From Dictyostelium discoideum (lineage: Eukaryota): a DNA stretch of 64,000 bases. The stretch spans positions 5,120,001-5,184,000 of the forward strand of contig CM000151.3 of the NCBI GenBank assembly GCA_000004695.1, given 5' to 3'. Under the pieces are notes generated by a model, which did no database searches, was not told the origin of the DNA, and saw nothing but the letters and a program-made list of their open reading frames with translations. A program made the translations under genes and the position numbers. This document shows, piece after piece, positions 43,252-61,843 of the stretch; positions within the stretch are counted from its first letter, which is position 1; every line of letters starts with the position of its first letter.

Positions 43252-44865
43252 ATGAACATTTCAAATGATAAAAATATTTCAAAATTAAATATTAAAAATA
43301 ATAATGGATTTGGTAAAAGTTCTAATATTTTTGATATGGTTGCAGGAACTCCAAATAATATTTTTGATCCATATGATATTTGTTATGGAGAAAAAAGAAG
43401 TAATCAAGATATAAATGATTCAATGATATCATTAATGTAAGTTTTATTTATATATTTATTTTTTTTTTTTTTTTTAAATCTAATTTTTTAATATTTTTTA
43501 TTTTTTTTCAAAAAAAAAAAGAAATAATATTTCAAATTTATATCCATTAATAATTGGATTTTTTACAGTTTTCTTTGAAAAACCAATAAACTCAACAATT
43601 GATTCTGAAAAATTAAAAATAATAATTGAAAAAATGTTAAAATCTGACAATTCAACACAAGAGAAATCATTAAAAACAACAAATCAATGGATAAATTCAT
43701 GTGTAGAATTAATGATGAAAATTTATGAAAATTCAAATGATTTAAAAAAACTATTATTTGAAAAAAAAGATAAACTTTTAAATTCAAATTATAAAAAACA
43801 TGAATTTGGAGAAACAAGACATATTCTAGAAACAAATATAGAGAAATTAGAAAAATCAATTCAAGATCTTTTAATACTTTTATCAAATTCTTTAGAAAAT
43901 ATTCATGAAAATATTAATATTTATTTTGAATCAATTTTAATTTATATTGCTTTTATTCATAATGTTGATGTAATTATTAAAAATAATTGAAAAAAATTAA
44001 GAATAAATATTAAATAAATAAATACTAACATATACACATGTAATTTTTTAAAATTTAGTTGTTATGGGAAGTTTATGATATTGAACCAATTTTAATAACT
44101 GGTGCTAAAAAATCTGATAGATTAAGTGATGAAAATGTTTCATCGTTTAGAGAAAGATTACATGTTTTCATTTCATCATTTTTAAAAGATGTTGGTAGAA
44201 CATCAGAGAAAACAATGTTAAATCCATGTTGGAATGATATGTATAAAGTTTTATGTGAAGATTTAATTTTATATCCACAGAAATTAATAATATTCAATGA
44301 ATTAATTACTAATACTGATAGAACCACCGGTTTAAAACAATTCAATTTACCAGAAATTAATAATCAAAATTATATTTTCAGATTTGATGCAAAATATGTT
44401 GGTACTGATAATGAAAATAATAAATTAAAAGAATATATTACAAATTGTTATGGTATGTCATTCTATGGTAGTGGTATTGGTAGTGGTGGTGGTGGTGGTG
44501 ATAGTGGTAGTAGTAAATTATCATTCATATTAGAATCAAAAACCAAGAAATTCATATCCATTAGATTATATGGTATGAAAAATGAAAACATTGAAAATAT
44601 AAATATTAATATTTTCAATTGTGATGATAATAAACCACAACAATTGTTGGTTGATCAAGATACTATCAAACCTTTAACATTACAATTATCAAATTATTTA
44701 CCTTCAAATAATAATTTAAACTCAAATTTCGTTGGTTTCACAAATACAAAAAAAATTAAATTAAACAATGTTAAAAATTTAATTGAATTTAATTTTAATG
44801 GAAATGAAAATAAAAAATATTTCTTATACTTTATTGAAATTTTAGTAAGTTATCAAAAACAATAA
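43252..44865 (+). CDS. Hypothetical protein of about 479 aa with no recognisable domain. Exons are 43252-43436, 43522-43969 and 44059-44865.
   Basis: Donors AT|GTAAGT and GAT|GTAATT. Acceptors (a)11g|A and aaatttag|TTG. The phases are consistent and join track ORFs 43252.., 43634.. and 44059... A Gly/Ser-rich loop (GSGIGSGGGGGDSGSS) lies in exon 3. Confidence 0.55.
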
Positions 44866-45036
44866 AAATAAAAATAAATTAAAAATAAATTTTATATAAA
44901 TTTTTTTAAAAAACATTGGTATACCGATATATATATAATAACTTTTATTTTATTTTTTTTACTCTTTTTAAAAGAAAAAAAAATAATAATATCAAGTTTT
45001 TTCTTGTTTTTTTTTATTTTTTTATTTTTTTTTTTC

Positions 45037-46886
<1,850 letters not shown>

Positions 46887-46942
46887 TGTTTGGTTGGAAA
46901 TGAAACTTGTCAATTGAAATTTTTTCAAAGTTTTTTTGAAAA

Positions 46943-46999
<57 letters not shown>

Positions 47000-47309
47000 C
47001 CAAAATTGATCCAAACAAAAATGGAAAAAAAAAAAAAAAAATTATTTTAATAGTAAAAGATGGTTTTTTATTTTATTTGTTTATTTTTATTTATTTTTAT
47101 TTATTATAATGTCAAATTTGAATTTATTTTTTTGGAAAAATAAAAATTTAATAAAAACATAATATATTATTTAATTAATTGTTTTTTTAAGGGAATTTTG
47201 AGTTTGACAGATTAAGTGTATTAAAATAAGTTTTAACTTTATTTTTTTATTTTGTTTTTTTACATTTTTATTTTATTTTATTTTTATTTTATTTAATTTT
47301 ATTTTATTT

Positions 47310-47359
<50 letters not shown>

Positions 47360-47676
47360 CAAAAAAACGACCACCTTTTGAATATTTTTTTTTAAGCTTT
47401 TCCTTTTTTTTTTTTTTTTTTTTTTTTTTTTCCCAAACACATCCTTCTGTTTCACTGACACATCCCCCACATCCACAAAAATTTATTCCAACAAAGAGAT
47501 AGAAAACAATAGTACCAAAATTACTTTTTTTTTAAAATAAAAACAACAGAATACAACAAATTTAAATAAACTATTAAAAATAATTTTTATAGATAATACA
47601 AATATAAACAGTTAATTGTTATATTAAAAAAATAAAAAAAAAATTTATAAAAAAAAACTCTGAAAATAAAATAAAA

Positions 47677-47757
47677 AAATAAAATAAAATAAAATAAAAT
47701 AAAATAAAATAAAATAAAATAAAATAAAATAAAATAAAATAAAATAAATCAAAATAA
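47677..47757. repeat. (AAAAT)n pentanucleotide microsatellite of about 15 units. It lies in the divergent promoter between the PARN-like gene and the Cys-rich gene.
   Basis: Visible as aaaataaaataaaat.... Confidence 0.9.
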
Positions 47758-47777
47758 ATTCATTGTAATTTTAAAAT

Positions 47778-48603
47778 ATGGAAAAGGAAAAAAAGAAAAG
47801 TGGTGGTTGCTATTGTGGGCCACCAATAGAAGAGCAAATGGAGAATAAACAAGAAAATGAAATAAATAAAATAGATAATAATAGTGATAATAATAATAAT
47901 AATAATAAAGAGGAACTAGATACAACAAGATCAGAAAAAAGAAGAAAATGTTGTGATATGTGCCAATGTAATAACAATAAAAAAAAGAAAAGAAAGAATA
48001 AAAAGAAAAATAATGAAATTGATAGTAGCAGTGGTAGTGATGATGAAAGTGAATATAGTAGTGAGGAAGAAGATGAAAATGAAGATGAAGATGAAGATAA
48101 AATGAAAAGAAAAAAATCAAATAAAAAGAAATCTGATGAAGATAATAATAGTGGTAGTAAAAGAAGATCTCAATTAAATAATTATAACAATAATAATACT
48201 TTTAAAAATGAATCGGAAGATGAAATTTATGATTTTGAAGAGCAAAGTTTTGAAAATGATAGTGAATATAGTCAAAGAATTATCAACAATAGAATACCAC
48301 TAAGACCTGATAGAACAAGAGATGGATCACCCGATTCTTCATATTCATCATCAACTACAACAAATAAAGATTTCAATCATGGTGGTGGTCAACAAAAGAT
48401 TCAATGTTGTGATAAATGTTCAAAGGATAATAGACCAAATGGTAGAGCTTGTTTATGTCAAGTTCCATCGACTCACAGAAGAGGAATTTTAGGTGAAAGT
48501 GGATGTATTACTTGTGGTTGTGTTGGTTGTCATCCAACCGATGTATTGGAAACAAAATCATCAAGTAGTTTTATAATAACAAATAATAGCAATAGCAATA
48601 GCA

Positions 48604-48681
<78 letters not shown>

Positions 48682-49757
48682 GTAATAAAAACAATAATAA
48701 CAGTGATGTTGGTATTAATAAAAGTTCAAATAGCAACAATGGTAATAGTGTTGATGAATTAAAAAATGGTTGTTGTAGACCATGTATGAAAGCATTTTCT
48801 GAAAATGATAAAGCATGTTTATGTCAAGTACCAAGTAGTGTAAGATTAGGTGTTCTACCAGAAGGTGGTTGTAGGATTTGTAAATGTAAAGGATGTCATC
48901 CTGAAGAATTCACAAAGAAAAGATTCGATGGTAGAGGAGTAGGTAATGGAAAAAGAATTTTACCATATCAACAACAACAACAATCATCATCACAACAATA
49001 CCATCATATTGATTCTCGTAACCCTTATGATGATTTTTATGGTAGATATCCACCAATTCCACATCATTTCTATCCACCACCACCTCCACCACCTCCACAA
49101 TATAGGGGTCATCACCATCATCATCCACCACCACCTCATCACCATGCATATCCACATCCACCTCCCTATTCAGGTTACCCAGATATTCATCATCCACATC
49201 CACCACTTTGGGATGGATATGATTCAAGAGATCCAAGAGGGGTTTTAGGTGGTTATGGACCTGATAAGAAATCATCATACAGAGATAATGGTATGGTTGG
49301 TGGATTTGAAAGAGATCGTTCAAAAGAAAGAATAATCGATAATAGATCTGATTATAGTGATAGAGATTATTCAAGAGGAAGAGATAGAGAATTTGATGAT
49401 AGAGATTTATCTAGAGAAAGTACAAGATCAAGAGATCGTTCAAGAGAAAGAGACAGAACAAGATCAAGAGATCGTTCAAGAGAAAGATATACAAATGATA
49501 ATAGTACAAATAATAGCAATTATAATAATACTAATAATAGTAGTAATAACAACAATAATATAAATAATAAATATAAAGAAAATTACTATGGTGGTGGTAC
49601 TTATAGTGAAGATGATTTTGGTAAATCTCAAACAACTAAAGATTATGATTTATATGAGAAAGAAAATCAATATGAAAAAAAGAAAGAATCTGATTGGTAT
49701 TCTCCAAATTATACCTTTAGTAATAATAATAATAATAATAATAATAAAAGAATATAA
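47778..49757 (+). CDS. Cys-rich protein with two tandem 8-Cys modules. It also has a Pro/His-rich region and a C-terminal Arg-Ser/Arg-Asp (RS-like) domain. Single exon.
   Basis: Two copies of C(C)xxC-x9-10-ACLCQVPSxxRxGxLxExGC-x2-CxCxGCHP occur at about residues 210-250 and 330-370. They are followed by PPPPPPPQYRGHHHHHPPPPHH... and then RDRSRERDRTRSRDRSRER. The frame is uninterrupted to the stop at 49755-49757. Confidence 0.7.
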
Positions 49758-49794
49758 ATAATAATAAATAATAATTAATAATAAATAATAATAA

Positions 49795-49825
<31 letters not shown>

Positions 49826-50227
49826 TTAAAGAAAAAAAAAATCTTTTAAATTTTAATAAATCTAAATTGTAAATTTTAATTATTCAAACTTTAACTTTTT
49901 ATTTTTATTTTTTTTTTTTATTTAAATATCCATACATTTGAATTTATTAGTAAGTGAATTGACATTTATTTTCATTTTACCCTTTTTTTTTCCCCAACAT
50001 TTCAATCAAAAGGAATTTCATATGTGTACACCTCTCATTTTTTTTAATAAATAAAATAAAATAAATAATTTGGGTCACATAAAACAAAGATAAAAAAAAA
50101 AAAAAAAAAAAAATATTATTATTATTATATATTTTTTATTATTTATTATTCTTTTTTTATTTTTTTGTGATCAATGGAAAAATAGAAGAAGATTCATCTA
50201 TTGATGTTGAATTTAAAACGAGATAAT

Positions 50228-51282
50228 TTAATTAGCACCATCAACACTTGGTAAAATAACTTGTGGATCTGGGTACCAATAATTACCATTTGGATTAACA
50301 TTACCAACTCCCATTACATTTTCACAATTATTTAAATAAAATTGTTTCATCATTTTAATATCATGAATTTTTAATTGATACTCTTTTGCATTTGCAACTT
50401 TTCTACAAAATAATTTATCAAATAAAACTTTTCTAAACTTTATTTTATAAAAAAAAAAAAAATATATAAATATTTAATATTAATAATTTTAAAAAAGTAA
50501 AAATAAAATAATTATAAACTTACACCATTTTTTGATAAATATTCATGTGAACCAATTGAATAATATAAATCTTCATTACCTTTATCACAAATTAATATTG
50601 GTCTTCCTTGAGTTGTGAATTTATGAGAACCCAAGTATAATGAAACTTGATCAACCATAACACCATAATATTGTTTAATTAAATCAATAGATGTTGGTTT
50701 AACATTACCATTTAAATTATAGAATGAAATGATATTATTAATGATTGTTTCAGATGGTTCTTCAATATTTGTACCCAATAAAATTGTATGATTTGTATTA
50801 TTTTTAGTTTGTTCCATTATCAATTCAAATTTATTTAATAATTCTAGTGCATTACAATGTTTTAATAATAATTTAAAATCACCATAAAAAATAACTCTGA
50901 TATTGGTTTCTTTATACATTTTAACTAATTGTTCATTCTCTAATAGTTCTGATAAACCTTGTAAATATTGAATGAAATATGAGAGATAATCAGATGACTT
51001 ATCTTCAATTTTATCACACCACATTGGAACACAAATTGTTTTAATACCATGTTGACACATCATAACCAAATCATACAACAATTTATTAATTGAAACATTT
51101 GGAGCCATTGCTGTTGAACATTGATCAATATTCTCCATATCATTTTCATTATTAGAATTTAATTTAAAAGTTGATCCATCAAAAGCATAAACAATTGTAT
51201 TATTACCTGAAAGTTTTTCAATAACAATTTCACTAATTTCCTTATCACTTAATTTATTAAAATTTTCAAAACTAGTAACCAT
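50228..51282 (-). CDS. Hypothetical protein of about 322 aa. Exon 1 is 51282..50524 and exon 2 is 50437..50228.
   Basis: The donor GGT|GTAAGT and acceptor aaataaag|TTT keep phase 0. The intron is 86 bp. No domain was confidently recognised. Confidence 0.55.
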
Positions 51283-51835
51283 TTTTACTACTACAACTAC
51301 TACTACTATTAAATTATTAAATTTATTATTGTATAAATGAAAAAATTAAAAAAAAAAAAAAATAAAAAACTATTTTATAATTAAAATTAAAATATTATAA
51401 AATTATGTATTTTAAAATTTATCTATCAAAAAATTAAAAATATTTAAAAATTTTTATATAAAAAAAAAAAAGTGATTAACATTCTTATTTTAATTTGTGG
51501 AGATTAGTTCTATTTTTTTTTTTATTTTTTTTGACTATTATTTTTGGTTTTTATTGAAATAATTTAAACACTTTTTTTTAAAATGTTAAAATAATTTTTT
51601 TATAAAATAATTCATCAATTTAACACCTCTTATATTTATTATTTAAAAAATAATAATAATAATAATGTAATGAATATTACATTTTATAATAATCAATAAT
51701 AATAAATAATAAATAATAAATAATAAATAATAATAATAAATAATAATTTAATAATAATAATGAAACGTATCCAAATTGCGCATTTTTCGTTGTTTTTATA
51801 AAAAAGTCAGGTAAAATTTCAAAATGCAAAAATTC

Positions 51836-51924
51836 TGGTCCTACTGAGATTCGAACTCAGATTCTCAGATGTCTTCGGTGATGATTTTCAGAGTCTGATG
51901 TGCTAACCGTTACACCATAGAACC
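51836..51924 (-). tRNA. tRNA-Gln (anticodon CUG) with a 17-nt intron 3' of the anticodon.
   Basis: The minus strand reads GGTTCTA TGGTGTAACGGTTAGCACA TCAGA CTCTGA[AAATCATCACCGAAGAC]A TCTGA GAATC TGAGTTCGAATCTCA GTAGGACC A. It has a 7-bp acceptor stem (one G-U pair), D-arm, anticodon stem TCAGA/TCTGA, anticodon loop CU-CUG-AA, the T-arm GTTCGAATC box B, and a discriminator A. Confidence 0.8.
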
Positions 51925-52499
51925 AACATAAATAAATTCGCTCTGTATTTATAAAAAATTTATTTGGTATAAACTCTTTTTTAAAGAAAAAAAACTTGGG
52001 GGAAAAAAAAAACTAGAATATCTAAAAAAAAAAACCAGATATAAAGAAAATAGTTTAATTAAAAAAAAAAAAAAAAAAAAAAAATTATTTGGTTTTCCTC
52101 ACATTATCATTTGGACAGATTCCAATACTTTGCCAAATTTGGTAAAAATATTTTCAATTATTTGGGTGTGAAATAAAAAAACTAATTAAATATTTTTTAT
52201 ATTAATTTTTATTTTTATTTTTATTTATATTTTTTTATTTATTTTTTATTTTTATTTTTCATATTTTTTTTTGGTGATATTTAAATTTTTTTTCAAGGAA
52301 ATTTATTAACTGAGAAATTTTTCAGTTACCTTCTTTTTTTTTTCTTTTTTTTTTTTTATTTTTTTTTTTTTTTAAATTTTTATTTTTATTTTTTTATTTT
52401 TTATTTTTGTATCCCTTTTTCTCTTCTTTCTTTTTTTTTTCCCCCAACTTTTTATTTTTTTTATTTTTTTTTTTTATTATTTTCTAAATATTTTAAATA

Positions 52500-52813
52500 A
52501 TGAGTGAAAAGAAATGCAAACAATGTAGTGGAGAATTAGCATATGAAGGAGATATGGTTGTATGTACAATTTGTGCAACAGTTCAAGAGGAATTTGTCTT
52601 GGTAGCCGATCATCAAGATTTAAATGTTGTTAGTGTTGATAGAAGTACTTCAAAATATAATGGTAAAAGAACATACTTTAATAGAAATTCAAGTTCTCAA
52701 GAATATTATGAAAAAGTAAATATAAATTTTTTTAAATTTTTTTTTTTTTATAAAATTTTCCACAATGAACAAACACTCACCCACACATATTATTAAAGTT
52801 GTATACTAACATA

Positions 52814-52844
<31 letters not shown>

Positions 52845-53707
52845 TTTAATTAATTAGTTTGAAAATAAATTAAGTATTATTTGTAATTTATTAAAATTAG
52901 GTGAAAGTACAAAAATTCAAATGAGAAATCATTATTATTTAGCATATGCAAAATGGAGGAAAATAAAAAGAGTTGATAGAAATTTCGAATATGTTTGTGC
53001 AGCGCTAGCATATATTTCCACTAGAAAAGAGGATAAAGGATTATGTTTAATGGATATTGGAATTAGATTAAATTTAAAGTATTATACAATTGGTGTTTTA
53101 TCAATGAAAATTCAAAGTGCAGCAGGTATTAAAGTTGATATTTTACCAGAATTTGGATACATGGAAAGAGGTGTACAAATATTACGTAAACTTTATTTTT
53201 ATACACGTGAAGAATGTGAAGCCATTAAAAGATTGGCATCGGAATTAGTGAAATTTTCAAAAGTACGTGGAATTGCAGAGGGAAGAACACCAACAAGCAC
53301 CTATTGTTCAAGTTTATACCTTGCTCAACTTCATAAATTATCGACACTTAGTGACTACAATGCAGAGAATGATAGTGCAAGTTCGTACCTTGAAAATTCT
53401 CAAATAACAACATTGGTTCAGTCACCTGTAAAAAAGAGAAAATTAAAAACTAAAACTGCAAATTCCATTACAATGCAACCCTATCTAAATGATTTAAACA
53501 CTGAAATGAATGCACCAATCCATGCAACTCGTTTAAGAGTTAAAGAATTGGAAAGTCATCTTTTAGCTCATGCTCAATCAAATTCAATGTTTTCAACATT
53601 TGTAAATGAAAAGAACATTTATCAATGGATACCATTATTATTAAAAGATTTTTTCATTATGACTTCAGATATTAATAAAAAAGATAATCAAGATGATAAT
53701 AATCAAG

Positions 53708-53750
<43 letters not shown>

Positions 53751-54591
53751 TGATTCACAAGATGAAGCAAATTTAGAAAGAGAAATTGAAAATGATAATG
53801 ATGAATATGATAGTGATAGTGATGATAATGATAATAATAATAATAATAATATTGCTGTTGACGATGAGAATCTAAACAATAATAAAATTAAAAGTGTAAA
53901 TAATATTAATGTAAATGTAAATAATAATAATAATGATAATAATAATAAAAGAATTAAAAAAGATTATCAAAATAAAAGTAGTGATACTGGTGGTGGTAGT
54001 GATATTAATATGTCAATGGAAATTGGTAGTAGTGAAGATGAAGTTAGTAGTAGTTTTATGAATTCATCTGATTTTGGTGGTGGTGATGAATCATCATCAT
54101 CATCTTATAGTGGTCATCAATTAGGTTCAAAAAGTGGTAAAAAACATTTTTACAAAATGATAATTTCACAATCAAGTATTCCTCCACCACCATCTTATAT
54201 TTTATCACTCTATAAAAGTATTGAAAGAAAACTTTGTGTCATTCATGCAAAGTTTAGATTGGCCTATAATGGTGGATATGATAAAAAGAAAATCACACAA
54301 CAAGATCAACAATTCTTTCAACAATACAAGAGATACTATCCAACTCAACAATCAAAGAAACAAAATTTAGAAATTGAAAAACTTTTGATTAATAATATCG
54401 ATGAGTCAATCATTTTAGAAGGTTTCAAAGATTTCGATGAAATTGAATTGGAAAAATATCTCAAAGAAAATAGTGATCTCTTTAAAAAAGAAGATTTAAA
54501 TGAAACTGATATCTCTGATGATAATTTAAGTCTTTATTTAAAATCTCCCGATGAAAAATTATTTTTTCAACAAATCCAAGAAAATTATTAA
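52500..54591 (+). CDS. TFIIB-like transcription factor with an N-terminal zinc ribbon and cyclin folds (Rrn7/TAF1B-type, RNA polymerase I core factor; possibly Brf-related). Exon 1 is 52500-52715 and exon 2 is 52858-54591.
   Basis: The Zn-ribbon is C-x2-C-x12-C-x2-C (CKQCSGELAYEGDMVVCTIC). The 142-bp intron (AAA|GTAAAT...attaattag|TTT, phase 0) contains a TACTAAC branch-like box. Downstream are helical cyclin-like repeats and then an acidic N/D/S-rich tail. Confidence 0.5.
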
Positions 54592-54738
54592 TAATTTTTT
54601 TTTTTTTTTTTTTTACCAATAAATAAATAAATAAATAAATATAAATAAATAAATATAAATAAATAAATTTTCTTTTTTTTAAAAAAAAATCAATTATTTT
54701 TTGCTATTTATTATTATTTTAACAGTAAATATTAAAAC

Positions 54739-54866
<128 letters not shown>

Positions 54867-55280
54867 TTTTGGAAATCGACATATCTATTTTTATTTTATT
54901 ATTTTTTTTATTTATTTTAATTTTTTGATTTTTTTAATTTTTTTTAATTTTTTTTTCTCATTTAACATATGTTCCAGTACATGATCATTATTTTTATTAT
55001 TTTTATTTTTTTTTTTTTCCATTTTTTTTTTTATTTTTTCAAAATTTTTTTTTTTTTTATTTTTTTTTTATTTTTTTAATTTTTTTTTTTTTACTTTAAT
55101 TTTTTTCAACATAAATTCATACACCTCCTTTTTTAATTTTTAACCACACTTCATATAATAGAGAAAAAAAAAAAAAAAAAAATAATATTAATAAACTTAT
55201 CATAAACTCACTCACTGACATTCCTTCATCCTATGTAATTTGAAATTTATCCCTAATTAAAGAAATAGAATTATAATAGA

Positions 55281-59844
<4,564 letters not shown>

Positions 59845-60077
59845 AAAATAACAATAACAATAACTATAACCATAAAGAAATAAAAATAAAGAAAAAAGAA
59901 CAAAAAAAAAAAAAAACAAAAAATAAAAAAAAAGAATTAAAAAAATAAAAAAACCTTTACTTTAAAAAAAAAATAAAAAAAACAAATAAATAAATAAAAT
60001 ATTAATCTTTATTTACCCCCAAAAAAAAACACATCTTTTTTTTAAAAGTGAAGTTTCAATATTTTAAGACTTTACCT

Positions 60078-60700
60078 TTAAAAAAAAAAAAAATAAATAA
60101 ATAAAAAATAAAATATTATCAATATTTCTTTTAAACATGCATGTTTTGGAAAAGTGTATGGAATTATGATACCTTTTAAAATGATTTTACCGTCAATGAG
60201 AATTTCGATTTCTTTATTCTCTGAATTGTAAATTATTTTTACACATTTATCAACACCATCATTGATTTCATTGAAACTATTACCCAATGAATATTGATGA
60301 CTAGTTTATAGGGATTGGTTTGGAGTTGGTCTTTGAATAGAATTATGGTTAGAACAAGGATCACCCATTTCTTGATTGCTAAATGTATCAAATTCTATTG
60401 CAATTATACCATTTGCCATTTGATTATAGCCCAACTCACTCCCAGCTTGCTTAATTTCATTAATTCCATTTGTTTGAAGAATAAAAGCAAATCCATCAGC
60501 ACCTCTTCTTGAGACATTAAATGTAAATTCACATTGAAACCCATTATCTATTGTTACTTTTTTTCTACTCCAAATTGAACCAACTTTGCCTTGTAATGAG
60601 GGTGTTAGTTGAATAATCATATCACCACCTTTTTTGTTGGAAATAATTTGGCAGATCCATTTAGTTTATAACCTTTTTCTAAATTATAATTTTCAGAATA
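60078..60700 (-). pseudogene. Inverted, truncated and frameshifted copy of the L-type-lectin gene. It corresponds to about 62103-62690 of the intact gene.
   Basis: Minus-strand ORFs 60306..60620 and 60078..60287 are near-identical to the lectin domain of 61844..62767 but are interrupted. Upstream there is a TGA and an indel. The C-terminus fuses into spacer sequence (KHACLKEILIIFYF...). A plus-oriented remnant of the lectin stop (cagttttaaattaa) sits at about 60692-60706. Confidence 0.7.
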
Positions 60701-60850
60701 ATCAATCATCAGTTTTAAATTAAATAAAAAATTATATGGTTATTGGTTTTTAATAAAATTAGAAAACTTTATTGGAAATTATAATTTAGTTTTTTTTTTT
60801 TTAAATTATTATTTCGTTTTTTTTTTTTTTTTTAATTCTTTTAACTCATA

Positions 60851-61330
60851 GGTATCGCCAGTACCTCAAACAACCTTTTTGTATTCCTTTTAGATTTAAT
60901 TCATCAAGAATTTTTATCATTAATGAGTAAGTTTTTTTTTAAAAAAAAAACAAATTAATAACTCCAATATTATGAATCAGTTACACTAACAATAACAAAA
61001 AATCAACTTCAACTTCAACATTAACATCAACTTCAAACATCATCAATTTTTAATTATAGTTGGTAAAAAGGGTAAAACTGCAATCATTACAAATGTATAT
61101 ATTTTCTTTTTTTATAAAAATAAATAAATAAATAAATAAATAAAAAAAAAGAAAACTAATAAAAACAAAAAAAAAAAAAATTTACATTTAGATATTAGGC
61201 CAGATGAGATTAATGGTAGGTTTATCTCAAGGTCAATACATTTGTGATGTCTATCAACCACAACAATCCCAATGGATTAGATATGATTATTCAACTTTAT
61301 TGAAATAAAAGAACAAGATGATTTATCTAT
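60851..61330 (+). pseudogene. Decayed duplicate of the 3' portion of the USP10-like gene (exon 2-4 fragments with deletions).
   Basis: The segments ggtatcgccagtacctcaaacaacc...gtattccttttagatttaattcatcaagaattttt, ...ttggtaaaaagggtaaaactgcaatcattacaaatgtat... and ...tgtgatgtctatcaaccacaacaatcccaatggattagatatgat... match 58700-59760. Large internal deletions remove any ORF. Confidence 0.7.
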
Positions 61331-61356
61331 TTTATTAAATCAACTTTTTAGTTGGG

Positions 61357-61399
<43 letters not shown>

Positions 61400-61843
61400 A
61401 GAATTAAAACCAAAAAAAACTTTAATTAAAATAATAACAACCATAACCAAAAGAAATGAAAAAAGAACGAAAAAAAAAACAAAAAATAAAAAAAGAATTA
61501 AAACTAAAAAACTTTACTTTTATAAAAAAAAAAAAAATAAATATTTATCTTTATTTATTCCCAAAGAAAAACACCTTTTTTTTAAAAGGCAAAAGTTTAA
61601 ATTTTTATTTGAAAATTTACCTTTAAAAAAAAAAAAGAATATAAAATATTATCAATATTTCTTCTTTTTTTTTTTCCCCCAAGTCCCAAAAAAAAAAAAA
61701 GAAAACTTTTTTTTCTTTTTTTTTTTAGAAATTTAAAATTTTTTTGAAAAAATTATTTTTAGCTTTTAAAACACGTTGGTTAATATTTTTGTTTTTTTTG
61801 TTTAAATATTTTTTTTTTTTTTTTTTAACAAATAAATTTAAAA

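Noticed and set aside
46887-47018. Upstream ATG at 47018 as the PARN-like start ([23 protein letters not shown]...)
   Set aside because: The poly-Lys is read from a promoter poly(A) tract, which is typical 5'-UTR. The ATG at 46886 precedes the conserved sequence, so the longer form is unlikely.
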